DNA of 64,000 bases from Neocallimastix sp. 'constans' (GCA_050613775.1 JBODTK010000001.1:744001-808000), one strand, 5' to 3'; shown: positions 28,515 through 43,727, counted from the stretch's first letter. The notes: generated from the letters alone by a model not told the origin. Numbers and translations are program-made.

Positions 28515-30189
28515 ATGAAATTTATTGTTTGTGCTAGTATTCTTAGTGCTACTCTTTTCAAATTAGCTAATGCTGCATGTGCTGGTGCATATGCTCAATG
28601 TGGAGGGTAAATATTAAAAATTAAAGAATTCTTATATATATATATGAATGAATAGAATATAAAATTAATTAAAATTATTATATATATAAATATTAATAAA
28701 ATAAATGTTAAAAATATAAAAATTAAACTTTTATTATTAATTAAATAGAAATAATTTTTCCGGTGAAAAATGTTGTCAAAGCGGATATAAGTGTACTGTC
28801 ATAAATGAATGGTATTCTCAATGTGAAGTTGATAATTCTGCTCCAGCAACTGCTCCATCCTCAAATGCTGCTCCATGGGAAAACCAAAACCCATGGGGAA
28901 ATCAAAATCAACAACAACAAAATCCATGGGGAAATCAAAATCAGCAACCACAAAATCCATGGGGAAATCAAAATCAACAACCACAAAATCCATGGGGAAA
29001 TCAAAATCAACAACAACAAAATCCTTGGGAAAACCAAAATCCATGGGGTAATCAAAATCAAAATCAAAACCAAAACCAAAACCAAAACCAAAACCAACAA
29101 CAAAATCAACCACAAGCTCCACCACAACAACAAAATCAAAATCAACCACAAGCCCCACCACAACAACAAGCTCCACCACAACCAGCTCCTGCCGGTAATG
29201 GTGGAAGTGGAAGCTCTCAAAATTTCTTCCAAAATGAAATTTATGCTAATCCAAAGTTTATTGAAGAAGTCAATTCTTCTATGGCTAAATTAGATGGTGA
29301 TTTAAAGGCTAAGGCTGAAAAGGTTAAAAGTGTTCCAACTGCTGTTTGGTTAGCTTGGGAAGGTGCTCCAGGAGAAGTTGCTCAACATCTTGAAGCAGCT
29401 GGTACTAAAACTGTTGTTTTCATTATGTATATGATTCCAACTCGTGATTGTAATGCTAATGCTTCAGCTGGTGGTGCCTCCAGTCTTGAAGCTTACAAGG
29501 GACATGTTGATAACATTGCTAACACTATTAAGAGTCATCCAAATTCAAAGGTTGTTATGATTCTTGAACCAGATACTCTTGGTAATCTTGTTACAGCTAA
29601 TAGTGAAGCTTGTAAGAATGTTCACACCTTACACAAGAATGCTTTATCTTATGGTGTTAATGTTTTCGGTAGTATGAGTAATGTTAGTGTTTATATTGAT
29701 GCAGCTCATGGAGCTTGGTTAGGTAATTCTACAGATAAGGTTGCAGCCGTTATTAAAGAAATCTTAAATAATGCACCAAATGGAAAGATTCGTGGTTTAA
29801 GTACTAATATTTCTAACTACCAACCAGTTGCTTCAGAATATGGATATCATCAAAAACTTGCTTCAGCACTTTCAGCAGTAGGAGTTCCAGATATGCATTT
29901 CGTTGTTGATACTGGACGTAATGGAGTTGGTATTAGTTCTGACACCTGGTGTAACTTAGTTGGCACTGGATTTGGAGAACGTTCTAAGGGTAATCCAAAC
30001 CCAGGTATGCCATTATTAGATGCATACATGTGGCTTAAGACTCCAGGAGAAGCTGATGGATCTTCTTCTGGAGCTAGAGCTGATCCAGTCTGTGCTAAAT
30101 CTGATTCACTTCCAGGAGCCCCAGATGCTGGTCAATGGTTCCATGAATATTTCGTTCAATTATTAAAGAATGCTAAACCAGCATTCTAA
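28515..30189 (+). CDS. cel6: GH6 cellobiohydrolase with CBM1 (copy B), 510 aa; exons 28515-28606 and 28749-30189
   Basis: Same architecture as copy A. 142-nt GT-AG intron in QCGG. Linker has 7 Trp-containing repeats. All GH6 catalytic motifs intact. Confidence 0.95.
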
Positions 30190-30829
30190 GTTAATGAGTT
30201 GCTTAAAAATAAATTTTTTTTATTAATTAGAGTATAATTAAAATCATTATCTATATTATTTTTTAAAAAAGTTAATTATAGCAATATTTTAATCTATTTA
30301 TTTTAGGTTTTTTTTTTTTTTAAAAAAAATAGTAAGAAATATTTTCAGAAAAGCATTTCTTTTAAATATTTTGTACATTTAAAATTTTACATGTAGATAT
30401 AATTATTTAAAAAAAAAAAAAAAACAAAATTCTTATAAAATAATAATATAATTTTTAAATATATAATAAAATTAATTTAAAAGTGATATATATATTTTTT
30501 TAATAAATATTTTTTTTAATCTTAATACTTTACCGTAAATCAATAAAAAAGTTATGTTTAAATTAAAATTATAATTTTTTTTTTTTTTTTTTTTTTTTTT
30601 TGTGGTAGTTTTACCATTTAATGTATAAATTTATTAATGGAAATTTTTTTTTAAATGATAAAAACTTCATTATTAATAATCTAAATTTATTAATAATCAC
30701 ATAATATAATAAACATAGTTAATATATAAATATATTTTAAATCATTTTATATCTAAATAATTTATATTTATTTTTCTCAAAACGATTTTTAATTTATATT
30801 TAAATATTTATAATGAATTTATTATTTAA

Positions 30830-31090
30830 CATTATCTTTTCAAACTATAAATTCATTAAAAATATATTATTTCTTAAATATAATCTTTTCAAACTATAAA
30901 TTCATTAAAAATAAATTATTTCTTAAATATAATCTTTTCAAACTATAAATTCATTAAAAATATATTATTTCTTAAATATAATCTTTTCAAACTATAAATT
31001 CATTAAAAATATATTATTTCTTAAATATTATCTTTCCGAATTATTTATAATATATTATTTCTTTAATGTTATCTTTCCAAGCAATAAACT
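30830..31090. repeat. ~49-bp tandem repeat, 4 good copies plus degenerate ones
   Basis: atcttttcaaactataaattcattaaaaatatattatttcttaaatata repeated. Confidence 0.85.
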
Positions 31091-31487
31091 CATTTAAAAT
31101 AATAAAATTATAAGTTTATAATTTATTAAAAATATGAAACAAAATATATTTTATTAGATTTTTTCTTTGTTTTTACTTTAAATATAAACATTTTACTTTG
31201 ATTCATATGAAAAAGTAATATTCTAAAAATCAATTAATATATAATTAATAAAATTTTTCTCTCTAAAGGAGTATATAATCATTTGAAAAAAAAAAAAAAA
31301 AAAAAAAAAAGTGGTATAGGATAAATATTTTTTTTTTATAATTAAAAAAAAATATTAGGTTAAGATATTAATAATAATAAGATTTTGAAAGAATTTAAAT
31401 AAAAATATATATTAAATAGTATCCTATCATATTTTTTATTTATTTTTTATTTATTTAATTATTATTTATTTATTTAATTATTTATTT

Positions 31488-31603
<116 letters not shown>

Positions 31604-32197
31604 TATTTTTATTCTTAATTTATATAAAAATTAATTTTTTCACGATACTAATTTTATTTTTTCTATCATCAAATTATTTACCAATGAAATTAAAAGTAGA
31701 TTTATATTTATATTTCAGAAAATCAATTATTTTATACATTATAAAACATTTTTAATAAAATTTGGACGAGTATTAACATTTTTAATAAAACTTGTATAAC
31801 TATAATTTATTTATTTTAAAATTTTTCTTTATTCTTTAATAACATAATAGTTAATATATAAATTAATTTTTTTTAATTTGTTTTTCAAAATTTGATTTAT
31901 TCTTTTATTGTGCATAATAGTAAAGATTAAAATTAAATTTATTTAAAATTTTAATTTTATTTTTTTTAATTTGCTAAGTATATGAAAATATTATAATTAT
32001 TTTTTTTTTCTATAAAAATGGGAAAAAATTTCCTTTTTATTTTTTTTTTTTTATCATTAATTAAATTATATAATTTTAATTTTTTTTTTTAAAAAAAAAA
32101 GTTATATTTATTTTTGATAAATAAATACACATTTTTTTTTTTATTGTATAGTATAAATTTATAAATTATTTTATTAATTAATTTTAATTTATTCAAA

Positions 32198-33796
32198 ATG
32201 AAATTTTTTGTTTGTGCTAGTATTCTTAGTGCTACTCTTTTCAAATTAGCTAATGCTGCATGTGCTGGTCCATATGCTCAATGTGGAGGGTAAATTTTTT
32301 TTTTTTCTTTAAAAAAAAATTAACTAAAATTTTAATTGAAATTATAACATATATATGAATAATAATAGAAGATATAAAATTAAATATAAAATTTATAAAT
32401 ATATATAAATATTAATTATATATATATATTTTTTTTTAATATTTTATATAAATTTATTTATATATAATAATAAAATAGTAATAACTTCTCTGGTGAAAAG
32501 TGTTGTCAAAGTGGTTACAAATGTGTTACCATAAATGAATGGTATTCCCAATGTGAAGTTGATAATTCAGCTCCAGCTGTTCCTCCAACTCCTCCTACTT
32601 CAAATGCTGCCCCATGGGAAAACCAAAATCCATGGGGTAACCAAAATCAACAACAACAAAATCCATGGGAAAACCAAAATCCATGGGGAAATCAAAATCA
32701 ACAACAACAAAATCCATGGAGTAATCAAAATCAACAACAACAAAATCCATGGGGAAATCAAAATCAACCACAAGCTCCTCAACAACAACAAGCTCCTGTT
32801 AATAATAGTGGAAGTGGAAGCTCTCAGAATTTCTTCCAAAATGAAATTTATGCTAATCCAAAGTTTATTGAAGAAGTCAATTCTTCTATGGCTAAATTAG
32901 ATGGTGATTTAAAGGCTAAGGCTGAAAAGGTTAAAAGTGTTCCAACTGCTGTTTGGTTAGCTTGGGAAGGTGCTCCAGGAGAAGTTGCTCAACATCTTGA
33001 AGCAGCTGGTACTAAAACTGTTGTTTTCATTATGTATATGATTCCAACTCGTGATTGTAATGCTAATGCTTCAGCTGGTGGTGCCTCCAGTCTTGAAGCT
33101 TACAAGGGACATGTTGATAACATTGCTAACACTATTAAGAGTCATCCAAATTCAAAGGTTGTTATGATTCTTGAACCAGATACTCTTGGTAATCTTGTTA
33201 CAGCTAATAGTGAAGCTTGTAAGAATGTTCACACCTTACACAAGAATGCTTTATCTTATGGTGTTAATGTTTTCGGTAGTATGAGCAATGTTAGTGTTTA
33301 TATTGATGCAGCTCATGGAGCTTGGTTAGGTAATTCTACAGATAAGGTTGCAGCCGTTATTAAAGAAATCTTAAATAATGCACCAAATGGAAAGATTCGC
33401 GGTTTAAGTACTAATATTTCTAACTACCAACCAGTTGCTTCAGAATATGGATATCATCAAAAGCTTGCTTCAGCACTTTCAGCAGTAGGAGTTCCAGATA
33501 TGCATTTCGTTGTTGATACTGGACGTAATGGAGTTGGTATTAGTTCTGACACCTGGTGTAACTTAGTTGGCACTGGATTTGGAGAACGTTCTAAGGGTAA
33601 TCCAAACCCAGGTATGCCATTATTAGATGCATACATGTGGCTTAAGACCCCAGGAGAAGCTGATGGATCTTCTTCTGGAGCTAGAGCTGATCCAGGTTGT
33701 GCTAAATCTGATTCACTTCCAGGAGCTCCAGATGCTGGTCAATGGTTCCATGAATATTTCGTTCAATTATTAAAGAATGCTAAACCAGGATTTTAA
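32198..33796 (+). CDS. cel6: GH6 cellobiohydrolase with CBM1 (copy C), 469 aa; exons 32198-32289 and 32479-33796
   Basis: 189-nt GT-AG intron at the same position. Linker has 6 Trp repeats. GH6 domain intact. Confidence 0.95.
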
Positions 33797-35300
33797 TTGT
33801 TTAAATAATAGTATTTTTTATTGATTAAAAAGTATTATTTTATTAAATTAAATATTAATATAATTATTATTATTAATATATTTTATAAAAATCAATTATA
33901 AAAACTTTTTTTGTAATCTATTTATTTTATACAATATTTTTTTTTTAAAAAAAAAGAAATATTTGCGAGAGAATTTTTCTTAATATTATATTAAGAATTT
34001 TACATGTAGATATTAATTATTTTAAAAAAAATTGAACAATAACCTAATTATACAATAAATATAAATATAATAAAATAAATCTAAAATAATATAAAAATAA
34101 TAATTTTATTTTTTAAAGTAAAGAATCATTTTATTACTATTTAGCAATAAAGTTAAATATTATAATTAAATTTTTGAATTATATTTATTTTGTAAAAAAT
34201 TATTTATTATATGATATAATGTTAAAATTTTTGATTGAATTTACTATTTATTATATAAAATGTAAATATAACCCTTAATAATTAGTTAAATAAATTTATT
34301 AATATAATTATGTGGAATCGTTATTTATTATATAAAATGTAAATATAACCCTTAATAATTAGTTAAATATATTTATTAATAATTATGTGGAATCGTAAAA
34401 GTAACATTGTAAAACTTAATAATGTTAAATATATATATATATATTTTTAAATTATTAATTCATGTGAAAAAGAAAAAGTAAATAACATATATATATATTT
34501 ATCTACTAAGATTTTTTATTTTATTTTTTGCCTATTGTGGTTAGTGATTTTTACACTATGATCAATAAGCATACCATTAGATCTATCGTTATCATTAGCG
34601 TCTAAATCGACACGATACGACAAAGAAAAAATTCTGTCACTGATTTAAATAATAATTATTATCCATAAGAAGTTATCTTTGATTATTTTAAATTTATATT
34701 AATAAATAGTATTTATTCTTAGTATAAAAAAAAAAAAAAATTGGGACCTACATTTTTTAACATTATATTGTATATTAATTTTAATAAATTCATTGTTGAA
34801 ATTATTCGTAAAATATCTATTAATTATTCGTAAAATATCTATTCTATAAAATTATTTATTTAATTTTAAATATTTTTCTTTGATGTATATGTAAAAATAT
34901 TCGTAAGTTTAATTAAATATTATGAAATAATTATTAAATACAATATCTCCCTTAAAAGAAGTATAGTACCAAGATACATCATAGTTTAATACATATATTA
35001 ATAATATTGCCTCCAAATATATATATTATTTTTTGAAATAATATATAAAAAGAAAATAGTAATTAAAAAAATCTATCTTTGTCTTTTTTTTTAAAATCAA
35101 TAAAAAAAAAAAAAAACATAAATATGTTATGAAATTGATAATAATAAAATTTAAAATTAAAAAGTTTAATTAAATGTCATCCAATCATTTTTACAATTTT
35201 TATTATTTATTTATTTATAATTTCTTTATTTATTATTTTTATTTTTGTTTATTTTTTGGTAATTAATATATATATTTTATCTTTAATTTATATTAAAAAT
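33797..35300 (+). repeat. 3' flank of GH6 copy C, duplicated at 37595-39505
   Basis: Near-identical collinear non-coding sequence, e.g. cattagatctatcgttatcattag, ttgggacctacatttt, caatatctcccttaaaagaagtatagtaccaaga. Confidence 0.9.
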
Positions 35301-35874
35301 AAAAATGAACCAAAAATTGATATTAATTTATTTTTTTCTACCATTATAATATTTTATTTACCAATGAAATAAATAGTACAAATATAAACAATATTAATAC
35401 TTTTGAAAATTTATTATTTTTAATTCATCAATTATCGTTCAAAATAAAACTTGAACAACCTTTACATTTATAATAAAAATTTGGGCACTGTTTCATTTTC
35501 GATAATGCTTGTGGAACAATAATTTATTTTTCAAAACTTAATTTATTATTTTATAATACATAATAGTAAAGATAAAAATTAATGAAAATTATTTGGTTAA
35601 TTTTATTTTATACCTTTTATATTATTTTTTTTAATTGTTAAGTGGGTATATATATGAAAAAATTATTACTAAAATTTTTTATAAAAGCAGAAAAAGATTT
35701 CTTTTTTTTTTTTTTTTTCTTATTAATAATTATTTGTGATGTATAAATTGTTTTTTTTTTTTTTAAAAAAACAATAAATAATAAAAAAAATATAGTTTAT
35801 GTAAAAATAAATAAAGCTTTGTATTATTAAATATTTATATAAGTTATTTTATTGATTAATTTAAATTATTCAAA

Positions 35875-37594
35875 ATGAAATTTATTGTTTGTGCTAGTAT
35901 TCTTAGTGCTGCTCTTTTCAAATTAATTGACGCTGCATGTGCTGGTCCATATGCTCAATGTGGAGGGTAAATATTTTTAATAATATCTATAAATATAATA
36001 TAATTAAAAATAACTATATATACATTGAATATATAAAAATGAAACGAAGTACTGATATTAAATAACTATTAATATTATATATTTATTATCAATTAGAAAC
36101 AATTTTTCTGGTGAAAAATGTTGTCAAAATGGATACAAGTGTGTTTCCATAAATGAATGGTATGCTCAATGTGAAGTTGATAATTCAGCTCCAGCAGCTC
36201 CAGCTCCATCTGCAGCTGCACCTCCTACTTCTAACGCAGCTGCATGGGATAATCAAAATCCATGGGGAAACCAAAATCAACAACAACAAAATCCATGGGA
36301 AAACCAAAATCCATGGGGAAATCAAAATCAACAACAACAAAATCCATGGGAAAACCAAAATCCATGGGGAAATCAAAATCAACAACAACAAAATCCATGG
36401 GAAAACCAAAATCCATGGGGAAACCAAAATCAACAACAACAAAATCCATGGGGTAACCAAAATCAACAACAACAAAATCCATGGGGTAACCAAAATCAAC
36501 AACAACAAAATCCATGGGAAAACCAAAATCCATGGGGAAATCAAAATCAACCACAAGCTCCACCACAACAACAAGCTCCACCACAACCAGCTCCTGCCGG
36601 TAATGGTGGAAATGGAAGTTCTCAAAATTTCTTCCAAAATGAAATTTACGCTAATCCAAAGTTTATTGAAGAAGTCAATTCTTCTATGGCTAAGTTAGAT
36701 GGTGATTTAAAGGCTAAGGCTGAAAAGGTTAAAAGTGTTCCAACTGCTGTTTGGTTAGCTTGGGAAGGTGCTCCAGGAGAAGTTGCTCAACATCTTGAAG
36801 CAGCTGGTACGAAGACTGTTGTTTTCATTATGTATATGATTCCAACTCGTGATTGTAATGCTAATGCTTCAGCTGGTGGTGCCTCCAGTCTTGAAGCTTA
36901 CAAGGGACATGTTGATAACATTGCTAACACTATTAAGAGTCATCCAAATTCAAAGGTTGTTATGATTCTTGAACCAGATACTCTTGGTAATCTTGTTACA
37001 GCTAATAGTGAAGCTTGTAAAAATGTTCACACCTTACATAAGAATGCTTTATCTTATGGTGTTAATGTCTTCGGTAGTATGAGCAATGTTAGTGTTTATA
37101 TTGATGCAGCTCATGGAGCTTGGTTAGGTAATTCTACAGATAAGGTTGCAGCCGTTATTAAAGAAATCTTAAATAATGCACCAAATGGAAAGATTCGTGG
37201 TTTAAGTACTAATATTTCTAACTACCAACCAGTTGCTTCAGAATATGGATATCATCAAAAGCTTGCTTCAGCACTTTCAGCAGTAGGAGTTCCAGATATG
37301 CATTTCGTTGTTGATACTGGACGTAATGGAGTTGGTATTAGTTCTGATACCTGGTGTAACTTAGTTGGTACTGGTTTTGGAGAACGTTCCAAGGGTAATC
37401 CAAACCCAGGTATGCCATTATTAGATGCATACATGTGGCTCAAGACTCCAGGAGAAGCTGATGGATCTTCTTCTGGAGCTAGAGCTGATCCAGGTTGTGC
37501 TAAATCTGATTCACTTCCAGGAGCTCCAGATGCTGGTCAATGGTTCCATGAATATTTCGTTCAATTATTAAAGAATGCTAAACCAGGATTTTAA
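35875..37594 (+). CDS. cel6: GH6 cellobiohydrolase with CBM1 (copy D), 529 aa; exons 35875-35966 and 36097-37594
   Basis: 130-nt GT-AG intron at the same position. Linker has 12 Trp repeats. Catalytic domain protein sequence from MAKL onward is identical to copy C. Confidence 0.95.
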
Positions 37595-39505
37595 TTGTTT
37601 AAATAATAGTATTTTTTATTGATTAAAAAGTATTATTTTATTAAATTAAATATAAATATAATTATTATTATTAATATATTTTATAAAAATCAATTATAAA
37701 AACTTTTTTTGTAATCTATTTATTTTGTAATATTTTTTTTTAGAAAAGAAAAAAGAAATACTTTGAGAGAGAAATTTTCTTAATATTATATTAAGAATTT
37801 TACATGTAGATATTAATTATTTTAAAAAAATTGAACAATAACCTAATTATACAATAAATATAAATATAATAAAATAAATCTAAAATAATACAAAAATAAT
37901 AATATTATTTTTTAAAGTAAAGAATCATTTTATTACTATTTAGCAATAAAGTTAAATATTATAAATAAAATTTTGAATTATATTAGTATTGTAAAAAAAT
38001 ATTTATTATATGATATAATGTTAAAATTTTTGATAGAATTTACTATTTATTATATAAAATGTAAATATAACCCTTAATAATTAGTTAAATATATTTATTA
38101 ATAATTATGTGGAATCGTTATTTATTATATAAAATGTAAATATAATCCTTAATAATTAGTTAAATAAATTTATTAATAATTATGTGGAATCGTAAAAGTA
38201 ACATTGTAAAACGGAATAATGTTAAATATATATATATATATATATATATATTTTAAATCATTAATTCATGTGAAAAAGTAAATAACATATATATATATTT
38301 AACTACTAAGATTTTTTATTTTATTTTTTGCCTATTGAGGTTAGTGATTTTTACACTATGATCAATATGCATACCATTAGATCTATCGTTATCATTAGAG
38401 TTTAAATCGACATTATACGACAAAGAAAATATTCTGTCACTGATTTAAATGATAATTATTATCCATAAGAAGTTATCTTTGATTATTTTAAATTTATATT
38501 AATAAATAGTATTTATTTTTAGTATAAAAAAAAAAAAATTGGGACCTACATTTTTTAACATTATATTTTATATTAACTTCAATAAATTCATTGTTGAAAT
38601 TATTCGTAAAATATCTATTAAGAAAATTTAATATATAAAGCATATGAAAATAACATAAAATTTATAATTATATATAAAAATTTTATTATTCTATAAAATT
38701 ATTTATTTCATTTAAAATTTAAATAAATAAATTAATAAATAAAAAATAAAATAAAGCAAGAAAAAAAAAAAAAGTATATCATTTCGTCATAAAAAAACTT
38801 TAAAAATATTTTTTAAAAAATATTTTTAAATTATTCAGAATTATGATTTGCTAATTAAATGCATTAAATCTTCTTAATAGATATCTTTTTGAATAATTTA
38901 ATAACGAGTTTATAATTTATAAAAGATATTAAAATTAAGTGGATTTTATTATTATTAACTTTTAATTTTAAATATTTTTCTTTGATGTATATGTAAAAAT
39001 ATTCGAAAGTTTAATTAAATATTATGAAATAAATAATTAATACAATATCTCCCTTAAAAGAAGTATAGTACCAAGATATATCATAGTTTAATACATATAT
39101 TAATAATATTGCCTCCAAATATATAAATAATTTTTTGAAATATTATAAAAAAAAAAAGAAAAGAAAATAATTAAAAAAATTTATATTTATCTTTTTTTTT
39201 TTTAAAAAATCAAAAAAAATTACTTAAATGTAACAAAAATATATATATATTATTATTATTATATTTTTTTTAAATAAACTTTTAAAAGAAGTTGTAATGA
39301 TATTAATAATAATAAAATTTAAAATTAAAAAGTTTAATTAAACGGCATTCAATAATTTTTACAATGTTTATTATTTATTTTTAATTTTTTTATATATTAA
39401 TTTATTATTTATTTATTTATTTATTTATTTATATATTTATTTATTATAATTTTTTCTTTTTTGCTAATTAATATATACTTTTATCTTTAATTTATTATAA
39501 AAAAT
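37595..39505 (+). repeat. 3' flank of GH6 copy D, second copy of the duplicated spacer (with extra segments ~38620-38960)
   Basis: Matches 33797-35300 until just before the MULE-like terminus at ~39521. Confidence 0.9.
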
Positions 39506-41199
39506 AATAGACAAAAAAATGGGGGGAGGGTGTCATTTCGAAAATTTTTATTACATAAATTTGTATTTTGAGAAGTTATGGACTTTTAAAGTCAAAGCCT
39601 ATTTTTTATTAACTTTATTTATTTATTTTATTAATTTAATATATTCGTTTTTAAACGAATATTTTATTTTAAAGTTTTAATTTATTATAATTTCTTATTT
39701 ATTATTTTCTAATTGAGAAGTTAACTAATTTCAATAAAAGTAATTTCAAATTTTATTTTAATTTCATTTTTCTTATTTTTACAATAGTATCTCAGAAGAC
39801 GTCGATGAAATATTAAAAGATATGAAGAAGCAAATTAGAAATCGTAGAATCTCTATCCCAGGAAAAAAAAAAAAATAAAGAAAAAGATGAAGAAATATCA
39901 CAAATATCTAAAGGAAAAAATAAGAATAAAAATAAAGACAAAAGTAATAATTTCGAAAGTTGTGATGAAGACAATATTTGCGAGAAATTCAATAATAAAA
40001 GAAGTATAAATAATAAGAAAAAAAAAACATTGTTATTTATGTGATAGTGAAAACCATTTAGTTTACAACTGCCCCTTTTAATCCTAAGAATCCTCATAAC
40101 AATATTAAACACATAGCAGAACAATTCCAAAAATTAAATATTTCAGTTGATGAAATAAACGATATTGAATTATGTTACGACAGTGATTCGGATAGCGATA
40201 GTAGTATAGTTAAAATAAAAGAAATAAATTTAATTGAAACTGAAAATAGTATAATGGAAACAAATTTAATTGAACCTGAAAATAGTATCAAAGAAATAAA
40301 TTTATGTGAAATAAGCACCACTTCAGAAGAAGAAAAAGAAGATAATAATGATAATCAATATTTTGAATTTAAAACTATAGATGATACAAGAAAATTCAAT
40401 TATGACACAAATTATTGTAATAACAGTGATGAAAACCACAAATTTAATAATAATAACACACCGAATAAAACAGAAAACACAAATATTTTTCAAAAAGAAA
40501 ATAATATTAATTGCGATTTAAATAATTATTTTATTAATGGTATCTATGATAGCAATGAATATAATGACAGTAACTATAAGAATTTAGGTATGAATATTAA
40601 CATACGCAATAATGAAATAACAAGTATGAATAATAATATACATAATAATAAAATAGAAACTATGAATAAAAATAATATTTCGAATAATTACCAAAATAAT
40701 GAAAATAAAAATCCTGTTACGATAGATAAATATATAAAATTGAATCAATTCAAGATAAAATAAACAAAACAAATTGTAAATTGAACAAATTATTGAAATA
40801 TTTGAATGAAATTGAAGAAAAGAACAATAACATCCAGAAAAATTATTAAAGAATATTTACAAATTATGAGATTTAATAATACTTATTATGAAAATTATCA
40901 AAAACATATGAAAACAATTAATCAATATAATAATATTTTAAATGTTAATTACGATAATCCAAGAAATGAAATTGGTAAAAGTTTAAACAAAAATAGTCTA
41001 GGCGAAAAAACTGGGAGAGTTGCATTTCGCCAAGTGGCGAATTATTAAAATGTTGCATTTCCCCAGATTTCATTTCGACAAGTGGCTTATTGATATAAAT
41101 AAATGAATAAATAAATAAATAAAAATTCAAAATAATTTTTTTAAATAAATAAAAATTCAAAATAATTTTTTTAAACTTGTTTTTATTATATTTTATAAT

Positions 41200-42180
41200 T
41201 AATTATAGATATTTTTTAAAATAAAATAATTATTAATAATATTTAATTATAAAAATAAATTTAATTATAAAGATATATTTTAATATTTTGTAAAAAAAAT
41301 AATATTATAACAATATTTTAATTATAAAAAAAATATATTTTTAAAATAATAATATTTTATCATAAAAATATATTTTAATGTTCTTAAGCTAACCTAATCT
41401 AATAAAGATTAAAAATACTTTAATAATTATTGTATTTATTCATTTATTCTCTTTTCAAAATAATTTTGATTATTAAAAAAATTATTATTATATATTTTAA
41501 TATTTCGTAAAATAGTAATAAAATAATAATTTATAATATTTAATTATAAAAATATATTTAATTATAAAGATATATTTTAATATTTTCTAAAATAGTAATA
41601 AAATAATTATTTAAAATATTTAATTATAAAATATATATTTAATTATAAAGATATATTTTAATATTTTGAAAGTAATATTATAACAATATTTTAATTATAA
41701 AAAAAAATATATTTTAATGTTCTTAAGCTAACCTAATCTAATAAAGATTAAAAATACTTTAATAATTATTGTATTTATTCATTTATTCTCTTTTTAAAAT
41801 AATTTTTACTATTAAAAAAAAAATTATTATTATATATTTTTATATTTCGTAAAATAGTAATAAAATAATAATTTATAATATTTAATTATAAAAATATATT
41901 TAATTATAAAGATATATTTTAATATTTTCTAAAATAGTAATAAAATAATTATTTAAAATATTTAATTATAAAATATATATTTAATTATAAAGATATATTT
42001 TAATATTTTGAAAATAATATTATAACAATATTTTAATTATAAAAAAAATATATTTTAATGTTCTTAAGCTAACCTAATCTAATAAAGATTAAAAATACTT
42101 TAATAATTATTGTATTTATTTATTCATTTATTCTCTTTTTAAAATAATTTTTACTATTAAAAAAAATTATTATTATATAT
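41200..42180. repeat. ~340-bp tandem repeat (about 3 copies) inside the MULE
   Basis: tgttcttaagctaacctaatctaataaagattaaaaatacttt at ~41379, ~41718 and ~42059. Confidence 0.9.
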
Positions 42181-42229
42181 GACAGAATTCATTTGGTCAA
42201 TTTTCTGTCATTTCTTAATAATTTATTAT

Positions 42230-42372
42230 TTAATCAATAATTTTTATATTTAAATCATTTAAGCATTTCAACCATAAGTCAATGAAATCATTTTCTAACA
42301 CTTTCCTTTTTTTTTTTAATAGAATTTCCATATTTTTGTAATATTTAACCAAAGCTTTAATTTCCTCAGTTC

Positions 42373-42408
<36 letters not shown>

Positions 42409-43727
42409 TTTCTTAAAATTCCAGCAGTTCTCCTTTTGTAATCAATGTAATATTATGATTCTTCTTTTTTGCAATTCTGATAGTAATTGAAAAAAAGTTG
42501 GTTTTTTTTTTTGCAAATAATTTTTTTTTAAGTATTTATTAAAAGTTTCTGAAATATTATTTGTAATATGCTCAATATTATCATAATAGTTCCAATTTTC
42601 AGTTTCAAAGTTAAATTAAATAAGTTTTTTTTAAAATATTCTAAAAATTCTAAAAATTGAACATAATTATGTTCTTGGCACTCACTTTTTATTTTACTAT
42701 ATATATCATATATATATTCAGGATTAATGAAAGGAAAGTTCGAAATATTGTTATATTAAATATATAAAAATTTATTTTTTCTACTTTATTACCACATAAT
42801 TCTTTTTTTTTTTTTTTTTTTTTTAATTTCTAATGCTCTTTTAAAATGCCATATACAGTATTTAATATTTGCATTAATAAAAACTTATTGTGCAAGCATT
42901 AGATACAGCTTTTTCAAAATCGCAATGAAATATTTTTTGGTGTAATTTCAATACTATTATATTTACTAGAATTTTTTTTTTTTTTTTTATTTCTTCAAAT
43001 AATATTTCATAAGTTGTTTGCTTTTTATTTTTTAATATAGAAAAGGAAGTAGTGTAAAAAAACAATTTAATTCTGTAACATAGGTTCTAGTTATGAATAC
43101 TTGATAACTAAATATAGGTGCAATATAAAATGTGCTATCCGCAAAAATATGTTTATTTTTAGAAAATAACTCTGCTTGGAATGGAGATTGAAAAAAACAA
43201 TTAAATCATTATTTTTGAATATCATAAAATTTTCATCCCTTTTTTGTTTTATAATATTTTGAATTCATTGGGAATTTCATTAAATGTTGTTATATCAGGA
43301 GGTAGTTGTTTTTCTCTTCTACTTCTTGTTACTTGGGATTTAATTGAATTATATCCTGGACATATAAGACCCATACCTTGAGAAATGTCATCATATGTAC
43401 GTTTTATATTTTACATTAAAAGGAATTGAATTTTTTTTGAAATTTCATCTTTAATTTTATTTTTTTTACAATTGATTTAGCTGTTCCAAATTTATTTTCA
43501 AGATGATTATGTGAGTCATCATATTCTAAGATTTAATTCTCATTATTTAAAATAATGAAAGATGGACATTGATTTAATGTTTTATATTCTGTACATTTAT
43601 TTTTTTTTTTTTTTTTGAATTGTCTTTCCGTTTGGATGAAAGATTAAAACTTATATTTTCTGTTTAAAATAATTTGTTCTTTTCCTCTATTAGTTTTGCT
43701 TATTTCAATTTCTAGATTTTTCTCCAT
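42230..43727 (-). pseudogene. MULE transposase, frameshifted (N-terminal FLYWCH/WRKY-like Zn finger plus DDE domain)
   Basis: MEKNLEIEISKTNRGKEQIILNRKYKF...CTEYKTLNQCPSFIIL...DSHNH; IFADSTFYIAP (first Asp); FHCDFEKAVSNA (second Asp); IKYCIWHFKRAL (CxxH); WNYYDNIEHITNNISETFN (Glu); ends LWLKCLNDLNIKIID*. Confidence 0.88.

Noticed and set aside
36240..36545. Regular aatccatggg repeats resembling a CRISPR array
   Set aside because: The repeats are coding, the spacers are short and near-identical, the context is eukaryotic and there are no cas genes.
42179..42211. 9-bp inverted repeat ATGACAGAA/TTCTGTCAT downstream of the transposase
   Set aside because: Too short to assign a function; eukaryotic context, so not called a terminator.
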